From an archaeon (lineage in GTDB: Archaea > Nanobdellota > Nanobdellia > SCGC-AAA011-G17 > GW2011-AR17): DNA of 64,000 bases. This document shows, piece by piece, positions 45,952-54,580 of this stretch (position 1 is the first letter of the stretch; each line of letters starts with the position of its first letter). The stretch lies in contig JABHLH010000019.1 in assembly GCA_018692925.1 (NCBI GenBank), positions 63,322 to 127,321 of the forward strand, given 5' to 3'. The notes beneath the pieces were generated by a model that saw nothing but the letters and a program-made list of their open reading frames with translations, searched no databases and was not told the DNA's origin. Both the position numbers and the translations under genes were made by a program.

Positions 45952-46765
45952 CCACTAAGTTTTCTACAAGAATTCCGGAAGTGACTTGATTCCCAGTATC
46001 ACTAAATAAAAATGCAACAGCACCTCCAGCAATAATAAGTGCACTAGGTCCAACTACAAAAGAAAATATTGCACCATAAGCAAGTATTGTACCTGAGGCT
46101 CCTAGTTTTGCCATAGTTACAAAAATATTATCTGCAGATTGTGAATCAAAATTTCTATCTGTTGTAATTAATATCCTATCACCTTCACTAGTTCCAATTA
46201 AATCTTGATCATCATAAAAAATAATATAATAATATTCATCAGTACTTAATTTAATATCTTTAATTCCTTCAGACTCTGTATCAAAACAAAGAGTTTGGTA
46301 ATTTGTATTTTGTTCTAAATAATTATAAGCAGAATGGATAGCATCCGTTTCTGAAGCATCTTTATGTGAAATGGAATAATCAAAATATTCTACCAAACTG
46401 ATATCTTCTTTTGGACTAAAAGCATAAGCAAAATAAGTTTCATCAATTGCAGCACCAAAATCACAAGAGCCTTCTTTATACATCCACCAAGTGTCAGTTA
46501 ATACTGTCGAAAATTCTTCCATAGAGATTGGATCTTCAACTACATTAAATCTACATGCTGTTGGAAAATATGAAAAAAATCCACCACCACATTTAGCTGT
46601 GTTTGTCATCCAACAAGCTGTTTGAGCAAAAAAATCTGAAGTGAAAGTACCTTGCATAAATAAAACAAGACTAACTATTGATAAAATTACAATTACTGCG
46701 ATAATTAATTTAGCAGTTTGCTCTGGAGCTAACTTACCTCTTTTGTTTTTAGCCAAGGATTGCAT
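45884..46765 (-). CDS. pilin-like protein
   Basis: KNKRGKLAPEQTAKLIIAVIVILSIVSLVLF has E at +5 after the G. Confidence 0.45.
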   Translation of the reverse strand: MQSLAKNKRGKLAPEQTAKLIIAVIVILSIVSLVLFMQGTFTSDFFAQTACWMTNTAKCGGGFFSYFPTACRFNVVEDPISMEEFSTVLTDTWWMYKEGSCDFGAAIDETYFAYAFSPKEDISLVEYFDYSISHKDASETDAIHSAYNYLEQNTNYQTLCFDTESEGIKDIKLSTDEYYYIIFYDDQDLIGTSEGDRILITTDRNFDSQSADNIFVTMAKLGASGTILAYGAIFSFVVGPSALIIAGGAVAFLFSDTGNQVTSGILVENLVGEDPDDRGCLSYGPPLDEGNIA

Positions 46766-46848
46766 TTTTTACACCTAATAATATAACTGTAACAGCGAGG
46801 AATAATACAACAATTGCAATTAAGATTACTAATGTTCTCCCTGTCATT

Positions 46849-49008
46849 TTATATTTGTCCTACTGAAAGTGCCAATAAGTTGAAAGCAAATATTGTTACA
46901 CCTGCAATTAATATGTATAAGAGTGTGCCTCTATATAAATTTTTACCTAAAGTATATTCTTCATTTAATTTGTCTACACCATTCTCAATACCGTTTGCAA
47001 GTACTGTTAATACTATAATCATCTGTACAACATAAATACCCACAATCATTTGTAAATAAAATGGAGGAATGATTTTATCAATTGGAAAAATGTTTGCAAT
47101 ATTACTAGCACCAGATAAAACACTTGCATCTGAACCAGAAGTTGCAGATTGTAAGGATGTTCCTAAACTAGAAATAATAGCAGTAATCATTGTACCAATA
47201 CCAACTACAATACCAGCAATTAATGGAGTTAGAAAACTAACTTGTGATTTCATTGAAGATGTAATTTCAGATAATAAATCTTTTAACCTTTCAGAAACTT
47301 TGTAAATTTTATCTAAATAATCAGCAATACTAAGTAAAGCTCTTGATACAACCATAGGACCTTTCCTAGAAGATTCTACTAAAACTTTCATTGTACTTTC
47401 AATTAAGGATGAAGGGTAAGTTAAGATTGCACCATTCTTTTCATTGAAAATTGCATCTTGTAAATTCATACCAATGCTTCGAATATTTTTGTCAACAATA
47501 CCTAAGAATACTCCAGTAGGAGTTCCAGCCAAACCTCTTGCAACTTCACCAAAAGCCATTTCCGAAGGCATACCTCCACCAATCCTGTTACCAAGTTGGA
47601 AGATTGCTCCTCTGAATTCAGTTTCAAGTTTTTTTGTTTCTTCTCTAATTTTTATTAATTTGTTTGATCTAATAGAAAAATAAGATCCAATTCCAAAAGC
47701 TAAACCAATAGGAATGAATAAACTTAACATAGTAGCACCAAGACCAAATGGACCAATAGACTCACCAGTGTCTAAAACTCTGTAATCTAAAAGCATAATA
47801 TTATCTGTAATAAATAATTCTGTTGCAGGATCTATAAAATGCAAAATAACTGGAGCAAATCCAATCATTAATAAGACGAATAATAAAAATATTGCTACAT
47901 GTTTGGGTTCAATTAATACTTCTTTATCTTTAGATAATTTAAGAGAGAATTTTCTAAGTTTTTCAAATTGAGGTAAACTAGTAATGTCGGATTGAGCATA
48001 ACCTATTGGCCTCTTTGCTAACATAGTATAACCAAAATAAAATACTGCGAAAGGTAAAATTAAGTTGTAAAGCATTGCAATGTGATACCATTTGATCCCC
48101 ATGAAACTTCCAATTAAAGGTAAAATGATTAAACCTAAAATAGGTAAGATAACTCCAAGCATGTGAAGCATTGTCATAGGAGACTTTACTTCTTGAGCAT
48201 AATGAAGCATACTATCATAAGTTCCCTCTAAAATAACTGAAAGAGATTTTTCTAAAAGTTCTATCCTTCTTTTTTCTTGTCCTTCAAATAATGAAGATTC
48301 AATTAAATGAAATGATTCTACAAAAGCTAAATTGTGATCTTTCCAACCAACTAAATAACTTTCTAAAGATTCTTGAACTGTTGGATATTTTTTAGTTTCA
48401 GCATCCCATAAAATTTTTCTTAAGTCTAAAGATAAAGGTTCTGCAACATGTTCACCTGCAAATTTAATTGCATGTTCTAAATTAGAAGTGTGACGCATGT
48501 AAATTACAGTATACAAAATACAAAGAACCATTTGATTAGAAGCTTGTAATCTTCTCTTTTGTGCTAAGTGTTGAGGAAATTTTGATAAAGGTAAGAAAAG
48601 TAAAACTCCACAAATAACCAACATAAAAGGAACTAAAAGTTGTGTGAAACCAAAAAAGAAAGTGACCATAAAAACAAATAAACCTAAAAGAATAAATGAA
48701 AACATTGTTAAGATTGCAAAAGTATAAGCTGCAGCAGGAGTTATGTTTAAATGAATTTGATCAATTGCATCTTGCATTTCTTTTTTTACTTCTTCCTTTG
48801 CAGGAGCTAAGTCAATTAAAGAATGTGCAAAATTACAAGCTCTTTCGTAAAGAGTGTCTTGTATATGTAAAGCTTCTTGTCTAAAAGTTTCGTAATCTTG
48901 AGTAAATTTATCAGAAGAAGGTTGGTCCATTAAAGAGCCTGTATTCGCACCTAACTTAGTACCATACTTGTTCATAATATTTTGAAACCTAGGATCTATC
49001 TTCACCAT
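46849..49008 (-). CDS. type IV pilus/archaellum assembly platform membrane protein (FlaJ/TadC/PilC-like, T2SS-F domains)
   Basis: 719 aa. Two repeated cytoplasmic helical T2SS-F-like domains alternate with TM blocks. Located in the same operon as the FlaI-like ATPase and the pilins. Confidence 0.6.
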   Translation of the reverse strand: MVKIDPRFQNIMNKYGTKLGANTGSLMDQPSSDKFTQDYETFRQEALHIQDTLYERACNFAHSLIDLAPAKEEVKKEMQDAIDQIHLNITPAAAYTFAILTMFSFILLGLFVFMVTFFFGFTQLLVPFMLVICGVLLFLPLSKFPQHLAQKRRLQASNQMVLCILYTVIYMRHTSNLEHAIKFAGEHVAEPLSLDLRKILWDAETKKYPTVQESLESYLVGWKDHNLAFVESFHLIESSLFEGQEKRRIELLEKSLSVILEGTYDSMLHYAQEVKSPMTMLHMLGVILPILGLIILPLIGSFMGIKWYHIAMLYNLILPFAVFYFGYTMLAKRPIGYAQSDITSLPQFEKLRKFSLKLSKDKEVLIEPKHVAIFLLFVLLMIGFAPVILHFIDPATELFITDNIMLLDYRVLDTGESIGPFGLGATMLSLFIPIGLAFGIGSYFSIRSNKLIKIREETKKLETEFRGAIFQLGNRIGGGMPSEMAFGEVARGLAGTPTGVFLGIVDKNIRSIGMNLQDAIFNEKNGAILTYPSSLIESTMKVLVESSRKGPMVVSRALLSIADYLDKIYKVSERLKDLLSEITSSMKSQVSFLTPLIAGIVVGIGTMITAIISSLGTSLQSATSGSDASVLSGASNIANIFPIDKIIPPFYLQMIVGIYVVQMIIVLTVLANGIENGVDKLNEEYTLGKNLYRGTLLYILIAGVTIFAFNLLALSVGQI

Positions 49009-49032
49009 CTTTTATTAAATAATATAAGAATT

Positions 49033-49593
49033 TTATTTATATAGTTGTTGGATTTCTTCAAAAAGTTCTGGGAGTTCTTTGTATATCTCGAAATGTGCCC
49101 TGTTTTCTAAAACTATAGATTTTGTATTTAATCTTTCTTCAAATAATTTTGCATCAGTTACAGGAACATATTCATCATCTGTAGAAAATAAAGCTATAAT
49201 CTTATCACAGTTTGTTTTTACTTTTTCTAAATCAATTGGTGTTTCTAACCAAGGTTTTGCAATTTCTTTATCTTCTTTAGATGCATCTTCTAAATCTAAA
49301 TTAAAAAAAGGAGCAACTAAAAATGAAGCTTTTATTTTTGTATTTATTTTTTCTAAAAATCTAAGTATAGTTTGGCAACCAATACTGTGGCCAATAAAAA
49401 TAGATTCTTCATCAGCATCTTTTGCAATCTCTTGTAAGTGTGGAACCCAAGTTTCTATTTTAGGTTCTCCGGGATTTGGCATTTGTGGGATAATAACTTC
49501 AAAATTTAATTCTTCTAATTTTTCTTTTAAGCAAGGAAACCAACAATTATTTGGATTACCCATCCAACCATGAACAAGATATGCTTTTTTCAT
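49033..49593 (-). CDS. YdeN/RBBP9-family serine hydrolase
   Basis: LVHGWMGNP, nucleophile elbow GHSIGC, 186 aa. Typical of the PF06821-like esterases. Confidence 0.55.
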   Translation of the reverse strand: MKKAYLVHGWMGNPNNCWFPCLKEKLEELNFEVIIPQMPNPGEPKIETWVPHLQEIAKDADEESIFIGHSIGCQTILRFLEKINTKIKASFLVAPFFNLDLEDASKEDKEIAKPWLETPIDLEKVKTNCDKIIALFSTDDEYVPVTDAKLFEERLNTKSIVLENRAHFEIYKELPELFEEIQQLYK

Positions 49594-49631
49594 AAGATAA
49601 AAAAGAAAATAAGAATTAAAAAAGGTTTTGA

Positions 49632-51812
49632 TTAAAGTTTCTTAAATTTTAACAACAAAGAGTTTGTTACAACACTAACACTACTCATAGCCATAGCTCC
49701 TCCAGCAATTATTGGAGAGAGTAACCAACCAGTGTAAGGATATAAAACTCCAGCAGCAATAGGTATCCCTAGAACATTGTAAAATAAAGCCCAAAATAAA
49801 TTCCCTCTAATCTTAGACATTGTTAACTTACTAAGCTTAATTGCTTTTGCAACATCAACAGGATTGTCCCTCATCAAAACTATGTTTCCAGTTTCCATAG
49901 CAACATCAGTTCCAGAACCCATTGCAATTCCAATCTCAGCTTGAGCTAAAGCAGGTGCATCATTTATTCCATCACCAACCATTGCAACTTTTCCTTTTCT
50001 TTGTAATTTTTTAACATAGTTTGCTTTATCCTTAGGTAAAACTTCAGCAAAAACATTTTTGATGCCAACACTTTTTGCAATAGCTTTTGCAGTTCTTTTA
50101 TTGTCTCCAGTGATCATGTAAACTTTTATGCCCATCTTTTTTAATTTTGAAACAGCTTTTCCAGAAGATTCTCTCAATTTATCAGCAACAGCAATAATAC
50201 CTAATAACTCTTTACCTGAAGCTAAGAACATTACAGTCTTTCCTTCTTCTTCTAACTTGTTAATATTATCTAATTCTTTTTTTAAGCTTACTTTATTATC
50301 TTTCATTAATTTAGTATTACCAAAGAAATATTCTTTTCTTCCGACCTTAGCTTTTATACCATGACCAAGTATAGCTTTGAAAGCAGTTACTTTAGGAATT
50401 GAAACTTTTTCTTTCATAGCATGATTAATTATTGCTTCAGCTAAAGGATGTTCAGATTGTTTTTCTAAACCTGCTACAATTTTTAAAATATCCTTTTCTT
50501 TATTTTTACCAAAAGTAATCAAATCAGTTAGTTCAGGTTTACCTTTTGTAATTGTTCCAGTTTTATCGAAAATAACATATTTAATTTGGTGTGCAGTTTC
50601 TAAAGCTTCTCCACCCTTGATTAAAATCCCCTTGTTTGCACCCTTACCAGTACCAACCATAATTGCAGTTGGTGTAGCTAAACCTAAAGCACAAGGACAA
50701 GCAATTACTAATACAGCAACAGAAGCAATTAATGCAAATGAAATTCCAGCACCAAAAGTTACCCAAGTTATGAAAGTTATCAAAGAAATTGCAATAACAG
50801 TAGGAACAAAGTAAGCTGAAACAAGATCAGCAAACCTTTGAATAGGTGCTTTTGTTTCTTGAGCTTCTTCAACTAATTTAATAATTTGTGCTAAAGTTGT
50901 ATCTGCTCCAATCTTTGTAGCTTTAAATTGGAATGCTCCTAATTTGTTTATTGTTCCACCAATAACTAAGTCGCCAATATTTTTTTCGATAGGAATACTT
51001 TCACCTGTGATCATACTTTCATCAATAGAAGAGTGACCACTAGTTAGTTTACCATCAACAGGAATTTTTTCTCCAGGTTTTACAAGAATAATATCTCCTA
51101 CAATAACTTCTTCAATAGGAATTCTAATCTCTTTTTTATTTCTAATTACTAAAGCAGTCTTTGGACTTAAGCCCATTAATTTTTTTATTGCATCAGAAGT
51201 TTTGCCTTTAGCAATTGCTTCTAACCATTTACCCATAACAACTAAAGTGATTAAAATTGCTGAAGTTTCGAAATACTGTCCTAAACTAGGATTAAATAAT
51301 ACAGCATATACACTAAAGAAATATGCAGCACTTGTACCAAGAGCAATTAAAGAGTCCATGTTTGCAGTTTTGTTCTTTAAAGCTGCCCATGCACCTAAAT
51401 AAAATCTTTTTCCAATATAAAATTGAATAGGTGTAGCTAATGCCCATAATATATAATCATTAAAAGGGATATGAATTTTCATCCACATAAAAATCATTCC
51501 AATAACAAAAGCTGGAATAGCAAAAATAAGACTAAGAAGAAACATTTTTTTGTAGTAATTTATTTCTTTCTTTAAAAAATCGGCATGTTTATCCCCAGCT
51601 TTCAAAAATGATGCATTATAACCTTTGCTTTTTATGGTTTTAATAATTTCTTTTTCTGAAATAATCTTCTCATCAAAAATTATCCTAGCCTTAGAAGTAG
51701 CAAAATTAATTGTTGCTTCATGGACACCTTTAGTCTTTTTTAAAGACTTATCAATAACTGTAGCACAACTAGAACAAGTCATACCACTGATTTGTAATTT
51801 TGTTTTCTTCAT
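49632..51812 (-). CDS. copA: copper-translocating P1B-type ATPase
   Basis: N-terminal [16 protein letters not shown] motif ([11 protein letters not shown]), [17 protein letters not shown]. Confidence 0.9.
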   Translation of the reverse strand: MKKTKLQISGMTCSSCATVIDKSLKKTKGVHEATINFATSKARIIFDEKIISEKEIIKTIKSKGYNASFLKAGDKHADFLKKEINYYKKMFLLSLIFAIPAFVIGMIFMWMKIHIPFNDYILWALATPIQFYIGKRFYLGAWAALKNKTANMDSLIALGTSAAYFFSVYAVLFNPSLGQYFETSAILITLVVMGKWLEAIAKGKTSDAIKKLMGLSPKTALVIRNKKEIRIPIEEVIVGDIILVKPGEKIPVDGKLTSGHSSIDESMITGESIPIEKNIGDLVIGGTINKLGAFQFKATKIGADTTLAQIIKLVEEAQETKAPIQRFADLVSAYFVPTVIAISLITFITWVTFGAGISFALIASVAVLVIACPCALGLATPTAIMVGTGKGANKGILIKGGEALETAHQIKYVIFDKTGTITKGKPELTDLITFGKNKEKDILKIVAGLEKQSEHPLAEAIINHAMKEKVSIPKVTAFKAILGHGIKAKVGRKEYFFGNTKLMKDNKVSLKKELDNINKLEEEGKTVMFLASGKELLGIIAVADKLRESSGKAVSKLKKMGIKVYMITGDNKRTAKAIAKSVGIKNVFAEVLPKDKANYVKKLQRKGKVAMVGDGINDAPALAQAEIGIAMGSGTDVAMETGNIVLMRDNPVDVAKAIKLSKLTMSKIRGNLFWALFYNVLGIPIAAGVLYPYTGWLLSPIIAGGAMAMSSVSVVTNSLLLKFKKL

Positions 51813-51833
51813 TTCTTATTTTTCCTTAATATG

Positions 51834-52265
51834 TTAAAACATATAAGCTTTACTTTCTAGATCAGCTTCTGAAATAACAATATAATCTCCTTCAATTACA
51901 AAATCTAAATTAGATGGCCAACATCCTCCGCCAGTATTAGTAGATCCTAAATCATCAATACTAAAAACTCTACCACACTTAATACATTCAACATCAGTTC
52001 CTCTTTGAGCATAACCTTGGTATCCTCCACAAACATCACATGCATCAAAAGCAGTTCGTACTTCTCCATCAGAACCTAAGACTGCGAAGTAAGTTATAGT
52101 TTTACCATTATAATCATGAGTGTATTTTGTTAGTTCAGAAGAAATTTCTGAAATAGGAATTTTAATAAGTCCTTCTTCTAAAACTGCGTCTCCAGTAATT
52201 GTACTACTACAGCCTGTTACAATTAATGTAAACAAAGCTAATAAAATTATTATTGTTTTTTTCAT
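51834..52265 (-). CDS. lipoprotein-like Cys-motif protein (CxxC...CxxC), metal-module member
   Basis: Signal peptide with VTGCSS lipobox. DACDVCGG...CIKCG...GGGCWP. Possibly DUF2318-like. Confidence 0.4.
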   Translation of the reverse strand: MKKTIIILLALFTLIVTGCSSTITGDAVLEEGLIKIPISEISSELTKYTHDYNGKTITYFAVLGSDGEVRTAFDACDVCGGYQGYAQRGTDVECIKCGRVFSIDDLGSTNTGGGCWPSNLDFVIEGDYIVISEADLESKAYMF

Positions 52266-52269
52266 TTAT

Positions 52270-52335
52270 TTAACCTCCACAGCCTCCGCCGCAACCTCCG
52301 CCACAGCCTCCACCGCAGCCTCCACCACAAGAAGT
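52270..52335 (-). repeat. 12-nt tandem repeat encoding (CGGG)n
   Basis: The plus strand reads cctccgcc(g/a)ca(a/g)cctcc with about 5 units. Confidence 0.7.
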
Positions 52336-53718
52336 TCCACTTGGAACAGCTGCAGCTTCATTTATACTTTCTTCAAGATCTGCACTTGAATAATCATCAA
52401 GATCATCAACTACAATAAAGGTTCCAGGAATCATTCCCATCCAACAACTCCAAGAAACTATTCCTTCTTCTGTAGCTGTGAACTCAATTGTTTGTTCACC
52501 ATACTCAAGATCAAAAGCTAAACCTAACTTTGGAACTTGTATTGCATTGTTACAACCATTTAATTCTTCAGCATTAATAATCCAATGGACGGGCACATCT
52601 TTTTCAATAACAAATAAATCTGTTTGCCAACCATATCTATCAACAGTTAAATAAATTTCTTGATAACCAGATTTCATAACTGCTAAACTATCTGATTCTA
52701 CAGAATCAATATTATTTGCAGAAACTAAACCAGCTAAAGAATTAAAATCATAACCAGTACCAGTTAAAGCTAATGCATTGTTAACCATTAATAGACCTAA
52801 GATAATTACTATGGCACCAGATGCTTTCAAAATTTTGTGAGTCATTTTGCTTGAAACTAAACTTGCAAAAAAACCAAAACCAAGCATAACAGGTAAAGTA
52901 CCTAAGGCGAAAACAAAAAGGAGAGTTGCGCCTTCAATAATACTTCCAGTTCCTGCTGCCATAATATAGATTGCTTGCAAAGGGCCGCAAGCAATCATTA
53001 GTCCATTTAGTAGGCCAATAATTAAAGGACTAGAACTTCTGTTTTTCCCAACAAACTTGTTAAGGAATTTGGGAGTCTTAAAAGAAAGTTTTCTTAAGAC
53101 AGGGAAAATATTTAACATTTTTAATCCGAAGATTATTAAAAATAAACCAGCTATTAATCCAGCAATACCTCTCATCATAGGAGTGAAAGCAATTATTGAA
53201 CCTAGTAAACCAAAAAATGCTCCTATTAAAGTATAAGAAACAGTTTTACCTAAACCATACATGAAATGAGATTTGTAAGGTTTTCTTCCAGCTTCGACAT
53301 CTTTTGCAGTGTAAGAAACAACGAAACCACCACACATACTAATACAATGAAAACCTGTTAGTAAACCTACAACAAATAATAAACCATAACCCATCCCTGA
53401 ACTTATTTCAGGTAATTGAATTGCATTAGTTAAATTAATTAAAAAATATAAAGCGATAACTATTCCAAGAATTGCAAATGCCCAAGCCCAATATTTTCTT
53501 TTTGAATTATTTTGATCACAAGAATAACCTTTCTCTGAAATTTTAGATTGTATTTCTTTTAAGCTAATTAAATCTTCATCATATGTTACTTCAGCTTTTT
53601 GAGTTGCATAGTTTACTTTAATTTTTTGAATACCATCTAAATCAGAAACTTGTTTTTTTATAATAGTTTCACAAGAACCACAAACCATACCATCTATTTT
53701 AAAATTTGTTTTTTTCAT
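52270..53718 (-). CDS. HMA-domain membrane protein (DsbD-like/TauE-like TM core) with C-terminal (CGGG)n tail
   Basis: N-terminal HMA GMVCGSCE. Six to eight TM helices with an internal CISMCGG. C-terminal soluble domain ending SCGGGCGGGCGGGCGGGCGG. Confidence 0.55.
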   Translation of the reverse strand: MKKTNFKIDGMVCGSCETIIKKQVSDLDGIQKIKVNYATQKAEVTYDEDLISLKEIQSKISEKGYSCDQNNSKRKYWAWAFAILGIVIALYFLINLTNAIQLPEISSGMGYGLLFVVGLLTGFHCISMCGGFVVSYTAKDVEAGRKPYKSHFMYGLGKTVSYTLIGAFFGLLGSIIAFTPMMRGIAGLIAGLFLIIFGLKMLNIFPVLRKLSFKTPKFLNKFVGKNRSSSPLIIGLLNGLMIACGPLQAIYIMAAGTGSIIEGATLLFVFALGTLPVMLGFGFFASLVSSKMTHKILKASGAIVIILGLLMVNNALALTGTGYDFNSLAGLVSANNIDSVESDSLAVMKSGYQEIYLTVDRYGWQTDLFVIEKDVPVHWIINAEELNGCNNAIQVPKLGLAFDLEYGEQTIEFTATEEGIVSWSCWMGMIPGTFIVVDDLDDYSSADLEESINEAAAVPSGTSCGGGCGGGCGGGCGGGCGG

Positions 53719-53912
53719 TCTGCTTTGTAACCTTCCTTCCCAATTACTTTTTTAATATCCTCAAGAGAAATTTTAGTTTCATCAAAGGTGATTGTGATTA
53801 TTTCTTTTTCAAAAGAAATATCTTTAACACCTAATTCTTCTAATGAGTCTTTTATTAGCATCTCACAACTTTTACAATGCATGCCACCTACTTTGAATTT
53901 TTCTGTTTTCAT
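53715..53912 (-). CDS. copZ: copper chaperone CopZ (HMA domain)
   Basis: 65 aa with GMHCKSCE and a ferredoxin-like fold. Confidence 0.8.
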   Translation of the reverse strand: MKTEKFKVGGMHCKSCEMLIKDSLEELGVKDISFEKEIITITFDETKISLEDIKKVIGKEGYKAE

Positions 53913-53965
53913 GAAGAAAATATTGTTGTAGTCCTTTTAATACCATTCGAGAGAAATTAAAGAAC

Positions 53966-54011
53966 GTTATCGTTTATATCTTAAGAATTCTTTAGAGTTA
54001 TCGTTTATATC
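53966..54011 (-). promoter_or_regulatory. two exact 15-nt direct repeats (GTTATCGTTTATATC) upstream of copZ: candidate operator/TATA elements
   Basis: Copies at 53966-53980 and 53997-54011, spaced 31 nt. On the coding strand they read GATATAAACGATAAC, which contains TATA-like cores. Confidence 0.5.
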
Positions 54012-54018
54012 GTAAATA

Positions 54019-54549
54019 TCAAAATTTCTTTTTTAGGTAGATTTCTTTGGTCTTTCCAGCCTCTTTTCGGTAAATAATGTCCCTTTCTTCCAACTTTTTT
54101 AATACTAAAGAAAGCAAAGTTTTGGATATACCAGTCTTGTATCTCAAAGTAGATTGTTTGATTCCTTCTTTATCATGAACTGCCTTTAAGATCTTTTGTT
54201 CTTGATCGTTAAATCCTGAAACAAATGCTTTGAATTCATCCTTTTCTTTTGCAGTTTGTAATGCAGATGAAACTTCTTTATGTTGTTCCACTAATATTTT
54301 TTGAGTTTTATCAAAGTAGATGAGATAAATTCCAAGTATTAAAATTGCTAAAGTTATAATCCCCCCAAGATAAAATAAAGTATAATCTCGATCTTCATGT
54401 AAACAAGAACCATCATCTAAATAACATGAACCTTGCTCGTCAATGATTGTAGAAATATATTGATCTTCTTGTGCTTTAAAGTAGAATAAAAATACTAGTA
54501 GTAATACTGCGATAATGATTAGTATGGTACCAATTTTATTCTGATTCAT
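54019..54549 (-). CDS. membrane-tethered winged-helix transcription regulator
   Basis: Two TM helices flank a CYLDDGSC loop. C-terminal wHTH (EQKILKAVHDKEGIKQSTLRYKTGISKTLLSLVLKKLEERDIIYRK). Sits directly upstream of the cop genes. Confidence 0.5.
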   Translation of the reverse strand: MNQNKIGTILIIIAVLLLVFLFYFKAQEDQYISTIIDEQGSCYLDDGSCLHEDRDYTLFYLGGIITLAILILGIYLIYFDKTQKILVEQHKEVSSALQTAKEKDEFKAFVSGFNDQEQKILKAVHDKEGIKQSTLRYKTGISKTLLSLVLKKLEERDIIYRKEAGKTKEIYLKKKF

Positions 54550-54580
54550 ATGTTGAAAAATATATTTGTAGTATATATAG

